Source of the DNA: Candidatus Elulimicrobiales bacterium
GTDB taxonomy: Bacteria > Patescibacteriota > Minisyncoccia > Phycocordibacterales > UBA5272
Assembly (NCBI GenBank): GCA_034927475.1
Contig: JAYFPW010000002.1
Span: 117,003 to 181,002 of the forward strand
Direction of reading: 5' to 3'
DNA length: 64,000 nucleotides
The notes below the pieces were generated by a model. That model was not told the origin of the DNA, did no database searches, and was given only the letters and a program-made list of their open reading frames with translations. The position numbers and the translations under genes are program-made. Below are positions 56,040 through 64,000 of this stretch, piece by piece; within the stretch, counting starts at the first letter, position 1; every line of letters begins with the position of its first letter.

Positions 56040-57764
56040 TTATTTTAGATTTTTAATCTTATGAATCTCTTGATATATTTCCCCTATTCTTTGAAAATCC
56101 TCCTCTACTTTTTCAGATTTATTTTCAATAAGTTTTTTTTCTTCCTGCAAGACTTCTATTTTAAAAACTTTTGCTAAGTCTCCTAAAATCTCAGTTATAA
56201 ATTTCTTCTCATTTTCTATATATAATTTATTTTTAGATATCTCTTTTTCTATTCTAATAATTTCTTGTTCTAAAATTTCTTCTGGTAAATCTTTTTTAAA
56301 TTCTAAAAACTTTTCTTTATAAATATCTTTTGCTTCAAAAAATTTATTAAAAAATTTCTCTTCATCTAATTTTTTCCAATTTAAAATAACTAATATCTCT
56401 CTTAAGAATTTATTTTTATCTGTCAAATTAATTTCTTTGTTTATAGAAGAGATATTTTCTTCCACGTTTTCCACTTTCACTCTTTTTAATTCATTTAAAA
56501 TATCGATCTCTTGAACATTTAATTTAGAAGCAAGATATTTTATAAAATAAGCTCTATCGATATCACTTTCTATAGCTCTTAAAAATGGTAAAACTTCTTT
56601 TCTAACTTCTCTTCCTCTCTCTCTTTCATCGTTATTCTTTTCAAAAATATTATTTACTAAATATTCTATTAGATGTACTCTTTTAGAAATTAAATCTTTC
56701 CAAACCTCCCCTCCAAATTCTTTGATCAAATCTGCAGTATCTTTTACATTTTCTTTTTTTGGAATAATATACACATCTAAACCTCCATAAAGAGCTAAAA
56801 ATGCACATTTTTTCATAGCATTTTCCCCAGCTTCATCTTGATCAAAAGATAAGAGAACTTTATCAGCAAATCTTTTCAAGATTTTAATATGTTCATCTGT
56901 AACAGCTGTTCCAGAAGTTGCAACAACATTTGTAACTTCCGCTTGATGACTCATAATGAGATCCATCTGCCCCTCAACTAAAATAGCCTCTCTTTTGTCT
57001 GCTATACTTTTTTTAGCCAAATCGTATCCGAAAAGGATTTTGCTTTTATGGTAAATTGGTGTCTCTGGAGAATTTATATATTTAGCTGTTTTTCCATCAT
57101 CAAATTTTGGGAGTATCCTGGCAGAAAAACCTACAATATTTCCAAAAGTATTTTTTATTGGAAACATTACTCTCCCTCTAAATCTATCAAAATATTTGTC
57201 TTCATTTTCTTTTTTAAATACAAGTCCGGCTTCAATCATTTCTTCTGGAGAAAATCCTTCTTTAGAAAGATAAATAAAAATATCTCTCCAACCAAAATCT
57301 GCACCCAAAGAAAAACCTATATTAAATTTTTTTATCGTTTCAGAAGTCAAACCCCTATCTCCTAAATAAGCTTTTACTTCTGCCGAATTTTGTAAATTCT
57401 CTTCGTATCGTTTATTTGCTTTTTGAACTAAAGAAATTAAGTTTGGCTCCTTATCTTTTTCTTCTTTTTTATATGGTGACAATTTTATTCCAGCACGATC
57501 AGCTAAAATAGTTAGAGCTTCATAAAAAGGTACCGCTTCCATCTTTTCTACAAAAGAAAAAATATCTCCATGTTCACCACAACCAAAACAATGATAAGTT
57601 CCTCTATCTGGAGACAGAAAAAAACTTGGAGTCTTTTCATTATGAAAAGGACATCTGGCTTTAAATTGAGATCCGGCTTTTTCAACACGAATATAAGTAG
57701 ATACTACGTCTAAAATAGAAAGCGCTTGTTTTACCTGATCTTTAGGATTCATAATTAAATACAT
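56040..57764 (-). CDS. dnaG: DNA primase DnaG
   Basis: The CHC2 zinc finger CPFHNEKTPSFFLSPDRGTYHCFGCGEHGD, and the Toprim region EGQMDLIMSHQAE...DQDEAGENA. Confidence 0.9.
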   Translation of the reverse strand: MYLIMNPKDQVKQALSILDVVSTYIRVEKAGSQFKARCPFHNEKTPSFFLSPDRGTYHCFGCGEHGDIFSFVEKMEAVPFYEALTILADRAGIKLSPYKKEEKDKEPNLISLVQKANKRYEENLQNSAEVKAYLGDRGLTSETIKKFNIGFSLGADFGWRDIFIYLSKEGFSPEEMIEAGLVFKKENEDKYFDRFRGRVMFPIKNTFGNIVGFSARILPKFDDGKTAKYINSPETPIYHKSKILFGYDLAKKSIADKREAILVEGQMDLIMSHQAEVTNVVATSGTAVTDEHIKILKRFADKVLLSFDQDEAGENAMKKCAFLALYGGLDVYIIPKKENVKDTADLIKEFGGEVWKDLISKRVHLIEYLVNNIFEKNNDERERGREVRKEVLPFLRAIESDIDRAYFIKYLASKLNVQEIDILNELKRVKVENVEENISSINKEINLTDKNKFLREILVILNWKKLDEEKFFNKFFEAKDIYKEKFLEFKKDLPEEILEQEIIRIEKEISKNKLYIENEKKFITEILGDLAKVFKIEVLQEEKKLIENKSEKVEEDFQRIGEIYQEIHKIKNLK

Positions 57765-57870
57765 TTTAACAGAAATACAAAAATAAAGGAAAAAGACTTA
57801 CCCTTTACAAAACCTAAAAAAAGTGATAGATTTCAAGTAGTTAAAATAAAGTTAAACAATTTAAAACTCA

Positions 57871-58503
57871 TTGAAAATGAAAGACTTTGACGATTTAGAC
57901 GATTATGATCTTGAATGGGAGAAAGAACAAAAAGAACTTAGACGTAAAAATCTTACTAATAGAATAGTAATATTTTTAGCTGTGGTAATTGTGCTCGGAA
58001 TATCTCTTTTTATCTTTAGAAAGACTATTCTGAATATTTTTAGTCTTGTGATAAACCCTTTTACAGGTAAGGAGTTGCCGCCAATTAATTTTCTAAAACT
58101 TATTTGGTATTTTTTCTTTATCTTTATAGGAGGGTTCTTCTTAAACACATATACGTCTTTGATCATTCTTTGTTTAAGAAAAATGTTTACTGAGGAAGCT
58201 CTTGAAAAAGATTGGAGTTTTTCAGACGCAAATTCAAGAATTTTAGCAGTTGCTTTTTCTCACCATTTTAAAAATGGTTGTAACCTTGCATGGTTTCTAG
58301 GAATTTTGTATATAGTGGCTATAATCTTTTTTAGTAAGATTACATCTTTTTTACTAGGATTTTATATCTTAGCAATCTTTTATATACTTGTAGCAAGTAT
58401 ATATACTTTTATAAATGTATTAATAGATTCGCTGATAATAAGAATTATTACAAAAGAAGAAAAAGAGAGACGGGAAAAAGAAGAGAATGAGAAAGAAGCT
58501 TAA
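57871..58503 (+). CDS. Hypothetical 210-aa polytopic membrane protein with a charged KE-rich C-terminus
   Basis: An ORF-track ORF with 4-5 TM helices. Confidence 0.4.
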   Translation: MKMKDFDDLDDYDLEWEKEQKELRRKNLTNRIVIFLAVVIVLGISLFIFRKTILNIFSLVINPFTGKELPPINFLKLIWYFFFIFIGGFFLNTYTSLIILCLRKMFTEEALEKDWSFSDANSRILAVAFSHHFKNGCNLAWFLGILYIVAIIFFSKITSFLLGFYILAIFYILVASIYTFINVLIDSLIIRIITKEEKERREKEENEKEA

Positions 58504-58538
58504 ACTGATATTTTGTTAAACTTTTTAAAAATAAAAAA

Positions 58539-58934
58539 ATGAATAATGTCCTTTTCGAAAAATTTAGTGAATTAGGTATAAGTCCAATTGTTGTACTTAT
58601 ATGCCTTATGGTAATTTTATTAATTATTTATGTTACTGTAAATTTAAAAACAGTTTCAGGAAAAATAATTAATATACTTTCCATAGAAATGTTGGACCAG
58701 GAAAAAAGTAAGCTTTATTTAATTTCTTCTGAATTATTTGAGAGTTTATCTGACATCTTGAACGATACTATCCCCACCGTTGCTATTTTAACTTTAGATA
58801 TTGAATTGCCTAATAAAAAAATTATTACGGTTAAACAATATTACAAAGTAAAAGAAATGCCAAAAATTGGAGATACTGTCACTCTACAGGCTCTTCTATT
58901 CTTTACAGAAAGAAAGATTTTAATGGTTCTTTAG
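58539..58934 (+). CDS. Hypothetical 131-aa protein with one N-terminal TM helix
   Basis: An ORF-track ORF with no recognisable motifs. Confidence 0.35.
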   Translation: MNNVLFEKFSELGISPIVVLICLMVILLIIYVTVNLKTVSGKIINILSIEMLDQEKSKLYLISSELFESLSDILNDTIPTVAILTLDIELPNKKIITVKQYYKVKEMPKIGDTVTLQALLFFTERKILMVL

Positions 58935-58943
58935 CTATCAAAA

Positions 58944-58976
58944 AACGACCCAGATTGATTCTGAGTCGTTTTTTTA
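58944..58976. terminator. Hairpin terminator downstream of rpoC (minus strand), bidirectional
   Basis: CGACCCAGA ttgat TCTGAGTCG with one mismatch in the stem. T-runs lie on both sides. Confidence 0.5.
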
Positions 58977-58996
58977 TTTAAATGTTTTAATAATAT

Positions 58997-61900
58997 TTAT
59001 TCTTCTACTTCATCTATCCCTGTTCCAGCCGGAATAAGTCTACCTATAATTACATTTTCTTTAAGACCGTGTAATTTATCGACTTGTCCTCTGGTTGAAG
59101 CATTGATAAGTACTTTAGTTGTATGTTGGAAAGATGCAGAAGAAAGCCATGAATTTGTTGTTAAAGCTACTTCGGAAATTCCTAGAATTAAATTCTCTCC
59201 AGCGGCAGCTTTACCACCCTGAGCTTCAACTCTTTCGTTTTCTACTCTAAAGTCATAAACCTCAACAACATCCCCTTGAGTAAATGTTGTGTCCCCAACA
59301 TCTTTAACTTTAATTCTAGAGAACATTTGTTTAACAATGAGTTCAATATGTTTTCTAGAAATTGAAGCTCCTTGAAGTTCATAAACTTTATTGAGCTCAT
59401 TAATAATATAAGTTTCAGCTGTTTCTCTATCAGCTAGATTATAAAGTTGTTCAATATTTAGAGAACCATCTGTTAAAGCTTGTCCTTTTACAACTTTATC
59501 TCCGACTTTAACTATCGGTCTTCTAGAATAAGCCATGTCGTATTCTATTTGTAAACCTTTTTTCTTTGCTGCAGAATATGAACCATCATCATTACTTAAA
59601 ACGATAATTTTCTTCTCTTTTTTCTCTCTCTTAATTTCTACAACTTCACCGTTTGATAAAGAAATAACGCCAGGATTCTTTGGTGATCGTCTTTCAAAGA
59701 TTTCTGCCACACGAGGAAGACCTTGGGTAATGTCGACTCCTGCCACACCTCCTGAGTGGAATGTACGCATTGTAAGCTGTGTTCCAGGCTCTCCAATAGC
59801 TTGAGCAGCCACAATTCCCACAGCTTCACCGACTTTAACTGACTCATTTCTTGCCAAGTCTAATCCGTAACATTTTTGACAAACTCCACGAAGAGATTCA
59901 CAAGACAAAGGTGAAAATACATATGCTTCTTCTATATTATTTTCTTCCACGACTTTTGAATCTTCTTTTTTTACTAAATACCCTTTCTTAAATAAAACCT
60001 TTCCTTCTTTATCCAAAAGATCTTGCGCCAAAACTCTTCCACGAATACTTTTTGAAAGAGGTATTTCAATTCCTAAAACATTTTCTGTTCTTAGAATTTT
60101 TCCTTTTTTGGTTCCACAATCTTTTTCTGAAATAACTAAATCTTGAGAAACGTCTACAAGTCTTCTTGTAAGATATCCAGCTTCAGCTGTTTTGAGAGCG
60201 GTGTCAGAAGTACCTTTACGAGCTCCATAAGTAGTAATAAAGTATTCAATTGGAGAAAGCCCTTCTTTGTTTGAAGAAATAATTGGGAAGTCGATATTTT
60301 TTCCTAAAGAGTTCGCAATAATACCTTTCATTCCAGCAATTTGAATAAGCTGTTTCATTGAACCTCTAGCTCCGGAAGTTACCAAGTTATAAACTGAACC
60401 ATATTTATCAATTGATTTTGTTGGCATGATAGCTTCAATTTCTTTTCTGATATTCAACCAATTTTCTATAACTTTTTCATATTTTTCTTCTTCAGAAAGA
60501 TATCCTTCGTCGAAGTGATGGTTAATTTTTTGTTCCTCTTTTTTTCCTTTTTCAATAATATCAGTTTTTTCTTCTGGAACTTTTACAGCATCAATACTCC
60601 AAGTTGTTCCGGAAATTGTTGCATATTTGAAACCAAAACTTTTAATTTTATCAATAATTTTTGGTGCCGCATCAAAACCGTATTGAGTAATAATTCTATC
60701 GACAATTTTATTCATACCATTTCCTCCGATTTGCTCATTAATATATTCGAAATCATCTGGAAGAATAGAGTTGAATAATAATCTACCTACAGTAGTAGTA
60801 AATCTTTGTCCATTATATTTTTTATATTTAACTTTATCTGTTGGAATTACTTCTATTTTTGCTCTAACATCTAAGATTCCAAACTCATGTGCTGTAATAG
60901 CATCATTTGGGGAACCGAAATATTTTCCTTCACCAAGAGCTCCTTCAATTTCAGTAGTAAGCCAGAAACATCCAAGTATCATGTCCATACGCGGATTGAC
61001 AATTGAGTCTCCAGATCCTGGTTTTAGAAGATTTTTATTAGAAGCCATAATTTCTCTAGCTTCAGTTTGAGCTTCTTCTGAAAGTGGTAAGTGGACAGCC
61101 ATTTGGTCACCGTCAAAGTCAGCGTTGAAAGCTGTACAAACTAATGGGTGAAGTTGAATTGCATTTCCTTCAATCATTTTTGGCTTGAAAGCTTGAATAC
61201 CTAATCTGTGAAGTGTTGGAGCACGGTTCAATAGAACATATTTTCCTTCAATAACCTCTTCCAAAATTTCCCAAACTTCAGGAATCCCATCTTCAATTAA
61301 TTTATTTGCGCCGCGAATATTGAAAGTAAATTCTCTTTCTAAAAGCTTTGAGATTACAAAAGGTTTGAATAGTTCAAGAACCATATGTTTTGGAAGTCCA
61401 CATTCATCTAATGCTAAATCTGGACCAATCACAATCACTGAACGTCCTGAATAATCTACGCGCTTTCCAAGCAGATTTTGTCTGAAAAGTCCTGATTTGG
61501 ATTTAATACCATCAGCAATTGATTTAAGTTGTCTTTTTTGACCAACAATAGTCATAGCTTCTTGCCCTCTTCTCATAGAATTATCAATCAAAGCGTCTAT
61601 AGCTTCTTGCAAAATTCTTTTTTCATTTCTTAAAATCACATCTGGAGCATTAATTTCACGAAGTTTAAGAAGACGATTATTTCTATTTATAACTCTTCTA
61701 TAAAGATCGTTTACATCGCTAGTTGCATATCTACCACCTTCAAGAGCAACCATTGGGCGAATTCCAGGAGGAATAACTGGTAAGGCTGTCATAAACATCC
61801 ATTCTGGGCGAATTCCAGCATTCTTAAATGCGCGAACCAAAGAAAGTCTTTTTTCTTCTTTTTCTCTTTCTAGAGAAGAGATTTTTTCGAGCTTACCTTC

Positions 61901-62602
61901 AATTTCTTTTTCTAAATCATCGAGATTTATGTTTTTAAAGATATTGTAAATTGCTTCGGCGCCGATTTCAGCTTCAAAGGCAATACTATATCTCATGGAA
62001 TATCTATGATAAGTTATTTCATCTAAAATCTTTTTCTCACGAATATCTTCGATTTCTTTTTTTGTGGCAAGCATTAATTCTTTTAGCTTTTCTTTAGTTT
62101 TTTCATCTGTTGCAGATTTAATTTTTGCTTTAAATTCAGAATCAAGATTTTTTAGAAGTTCTTCTTTTTCTCTCTCATTAACTTTAGTAATAATGTAGTT
62201 AGCAAAATAAACTACCTTTTCAACTTCACCTGTAGGTTCACCGAGAATTAAAGCAATTCTAGAAGGAATGCCTCTCAAGAACCAAATATGAGCCACAGGA
62301 GTGTCTAATTCTATATGTCCCATTCTTTCACGTCTAACTATAGATTTTGTCACTTCTACTCCACATTTCTCACAAACAATATCTTTATATCTAATTCTTC
62401 TATATTTTCCACAATAACATTCATAGTCTTTTTCGGGACCAAAAATCTTTTCATCAAAAAGACCAGCTCTTTCACTTCTCCCTGTACGATAATTGATAGT
62501 TTCAGGTTTGGTTACTTCACCATAACTCCAAGAACGAATAGCTTCTGGTGAGGCGATTTTTATTTGCAAAGCGTCAAAATCTGTTGTGTCAATTGTTTTC
62601 AT
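58997..62602 (-). CDS. rpoC: DNA-directed RNA polymerase subunit beta-prime
   Basis: The zinc-binding CYCGKYRRIRYKDIVCEKCGVEV, the catalytic NADFDGD, the trigger-loop and bridge-helix regions, and a length of 1201 aa. Confidence 0.95.
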   Translation of the reverse strand: MKTIDTTDFDALQIKIASPEAIRSWSYGEVTKPETINYRTGRSERAGLFDEKIFGPEKDYECYCGKYRRIRYKDIVCEKCGVEVTKSIVRRERMGHIELDTPVAHIWFLRGIPSRIALILGEPTGEVEKVVYFANYIITKVNEREKEELLKNLDSEFKAKIKSATDEKTKEKLKELMLATKKEIEDIREKKILDEITYHRYSMRYSIAFEAEIGAEAIYNIFKNINLDDLEKEIEGKLEKISSLEREKEEKRLSLVRAFKNAGIRPEWMFMTALPVIPPGIRPMVALEGGRYATSDVNDLYRRVINRNNRLLKLREINAPDVILRNEKRILQEAIDALIDNSMRRGQEAMTIVGQKRQLKSIADGIKSKSGLFRQNLLGKRVDYSGRSVIVIGPDLALDECGLPKHMVLELFKPFVISKLLEREFTFNIRGANKLIEDGIPEVWEILEEVIEGKYVLLNRAPTLHRLGIQAFKPKMIEGNAIQLHPLVCTAFNADFDGDQMAVHLPLSEEAQTEAREIMASNKNLLKPGSGDSIVNPRMDMILGCFWLTTEIEGALGEGKYFGSPNDAITAHEFGILDVRAKIEVIPTDKVKYKKYNGQRFTTTVGRLLFNSILPDDFEYINEQIGGNGMNKIVDRIITQYGFDAAPKIIDKIKSFGFKYATISGTTWSIDAVKVPEEKTDIIEKGKKEEQKINHHFDEGYLSEEEKYEKVIENWLNIRKEIEAIMPTKSIDKYGSVYNLVTSGARGSMKQLIQIAGMKGIIANSLGKNIDFPIISSNKEGLSPIEYFITTYGARKGTSDTALKTAEAGYLTRRLVDVSQDLVISEKDCGTKKGKILRTENVLGIEIPLSKSIRGRVLAQDLLDKEGKVLFKKGYLVKKEDSKVVEENNIEEAYVFSPLSCESLRGVCQKCYGLDLARNESVKVGEAVGIVAAQAIGEPGTQLTMRTFHSGGVAGVDITQGLPRVAEIFERRSPKNPGVISLSNGEVVEIKREKKEKKIIVLSNDDGSYSAAKKKGLQIEYDMAYSRRPIVKVGDKVVKGQALTDGSLNIEQLYNLADRETAETYIINELNKVYELQGASISRKHIELIVKQMFSRIKVKDVGDTTFTQGDVVEVYDFRVENERVEAQGGKAAAGENLILGISEVALTTNSWLSSASFQHTTKVLINASTRGQVDKLHGLKENVIIGRLIPAGTGIDEVEE

Positions 62603-62637
62603 ATGTTTATTTATATATTTTAATTTTTAGCTTTTAA

Positions 62638-64000
62638 TTAATCTTTGATTTCGATTACATCGTCTTCACCTAATAATTTTTCTTTTTGTGATTTTAATTT
62701 TTTACCCTCTTTAATTAAAGGTAATACATCCAAACCAAGTCCTCTAAGTGTATTTAAAAGAACATTTAAGGAAGCTGGTGTGTTTGGTTCTTTAATAGGT
62801 TCATCTTTAATGATATTGTTAAAAGCGTCGGATCTACCAACAATATCATCAGATTTAATAGTTAATATTTCACGCAAAGTGTGAGCAGCTCCATAACCTT
62901 CGAGTGCCCAGACCTCCATTTCTCCAAATCTCTGACCTCCATTTTGACTTTTTCCACCAAGAGGTTGTTGTGTAATAAGAGAGTATGGGCCAATACTTCT
63001 GGCGTGAATTTTATCTTCCACCATATGATGAAGTTTGAGCATATACATAACTCCAATAGCTACTTTGTCAGCAAATTTTTCTCCAGTTCTACCATCATAT
63101 AAATCTACTGTTCCAGAAGCTTCGTACCCAGCTTTTATTAACTCTTCTTTTATTTCATCATCGCTAGCTCCAGAGAAAACAGGAACTATAGCTTGATAAT
63201 TTAATGTTTGAGCTGCTAAACCTAAATGCATTTCTAATATTTGGCCGATATTCATACGACTTGGGATACCAAGCGGTGTCAAAATAATATCTACAGGTTC
63301 ACCATCAGCTGTAAACGGCATATCTTCCTCAGGTAAAACTTTTGAAATAACCCCTTTATTTCCATGTCTTCCAGCGAGCTTATCCCCAACAGAAATATCA
63401 CGAAGTTGTGCTACTTCAATATGAATTCTTTTGATAACTCCACTTTCTAATTGATCACCTCTTTCTCTTGTGAAAACTTTAATACCAATAACCCTTCCTC
63501 TTTTTCCATTAGCTAGTCTGAGTGAAGTATCTTTAACATCTCTAATCTTTTCACCAAAAATACTTCGAAGAAGTCTTTCTTCAGGTGTTAATTCTGTTTC
63601 TCCTTTTGGAGTAATTTTACCAACCAAAATATCTCCAGCACGAATGTCAGCTCCGATTCTGATAATTCCATCTTCATCTAAGTTTTTTAGTTTTGATTCT
63701 CCAACATTTGGAATGTCGTGAGTTGTAACTTCCGCTCCTAATTTTGTATCACGAACATTACAAATAAACTCTTCAACATGAATTGAAGAGAATTTTTTCT
63801 CTCTTACTAATTTTTCAGAAATAATAATCGCGTCTTCATAGTTCGCTCCATTCCAACTCATAAAAGCAACACGTATATTGTGTCCAATTGCGATTTGTCC
63901 ACCACGAGTTGATGAAGAATCTGCAATAACTTGACCCTTTTTCACTTTATCTCCAATATTTACAATTGGTCTTTGGTAAAAGACTGTGAAGTTATTTGTT
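62638..64000 (-). CDS. rpoB: DNA-directed RNA polymerase subunit beta. Only the C-terminal part is in the window; the N-terminus lies beyond the window end.
   Basis: ...[24 protein letters not shown]..., ...[10 protein letters not shown]..., and the conserved C-terminal RpoB blocks. The ORF frame stays open to base 64000, and the gene lies immediately upstream of rpoC. Confidence 0.95.
   Translation of the reverse strand, partial: TNNFTVFYQRPIVNIGDKVKKGQVIADSSSTRGGQIAIGHNIRVAFMSWNGANYEDAIIISEKLVREKKFSSIHVEEFICNVRDTKLGAEVTTHDIPNVGESKLKNLDEDGIIRIGADIRAGDILVGKITPKGETELTPEERLLRSIFGEKIRDVKDTSLRLANGKRGRVIGIKVFTRERGDQLESGVIKRIHIEVAQLRDISVGDKLAGRHGNKGVISKVLPEEDMPFTADGEPVDIILTPLGIPSRMNIGQILEMHLGLAAQTLNYQAIVPVFSGASDDEIKEELIKAGYEASGTVDLYDGRTGEKFADKVAIGVMYMLKLHHMVEDKIHARSIGPYSLITQQPLGGKSQNGGQRFGEMEVWALEGYGAAHTLREILTIKSDDIVGRSDAFNNIIKDEPIKEPNTPASLNVLLNTLRGLGLDVLPLIKEGKKLKSQKEKLLGEDDVIEIKD

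Noticed and set aside
1-64000. CRISPR arrays, cas operons, transposases, integrases or prophage boundaries
   Set aside because: I found no regularly spaced direct repeats, no IS-like inverted terminal repeats and no recombinase-like ORFs. The tRNA clusters at 30.2 kb and 38.2-38.5 kb are not flanked by a duplicated tRNA 3-prime half or an integrase.

Overview
This is a 64-kb window from a very AT-rich (roughly 28-30% GC), gene-dense bacterial chromosome that uses the standard genetic code; TAA, TAG and TGA all occur as stop codons (scpA ends in TGA). Gene content and features point to a reduced genome, most plausibly a Patescibacteria/CPR-type organism, but that is an inference. The supporting observations are: a short RF2 with no programmed frameshift, a hinge-less 790-aa SMC, a 507-aa Rel, no rimM, many small membrane proteins, and almost no Shine-Dalgarno motifs. 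The window is mostly core housekeeping genes. These include rpoB (partial) and rpoC, rpoD, dnaG, obg, gatB, miaA, relA/spoT-like, parB, topA, smc-like, uppP, dprA, rnr, the rpsP-KH-trmD operon, prfB-ftsE-ftsX, trpS, scpAB, a Dac-type carboxypeptidase, mraY-ftsW-murG, gltX, dnaX, dus, serS and sufBD. There are six tRNA genes: Thr(CGU), Thr(GGU), Ala(UGC), Cys(GCA), Leu(UAA) and Leu(CAA). I found no rRNA, no CRISPR array, and no transposase, integrase or IS-like gene. The most unusual content is listed below.
- At the 5-prime end there is a compact AddAB-like module: a UvrD-family helicase fused to a C-terminal RecB-type nuclease, followed by a stand-alone Cas4-like Fe-S PD-(D/E)XK nuclease. A Pif1-like helicase converges on it, and a toxin-like 48-aa membrane peptide with its own consensus promoter and terminator lies in between.
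- There are several self-contained small-gene cassettes, each with a near-perfect TTGACA-17-TATAAT/TATATT promoter and a hairpin terminator. Two of these are tandem duplicates.
- A GC-rich structured element lies downstream of uppP, and a promoter-to-terminator unit of about 190 nt with no convincing ORF lies downstream of gatB. Both are candidate small RNAs.
- A secreted protein combines a peptidoglycan-binding domain, a PKD domain and two copies of a 6-Cys module I do not recognise.
- The sigma-70 homolog has a roughly 190-aa lysine-rich, histone-H1-like N-terminus.
- tRNA-Leu(UAA) ends 3 nt before the uppP start codon, which implies a tRNA-punctuated, essentially leaderless mRNA.
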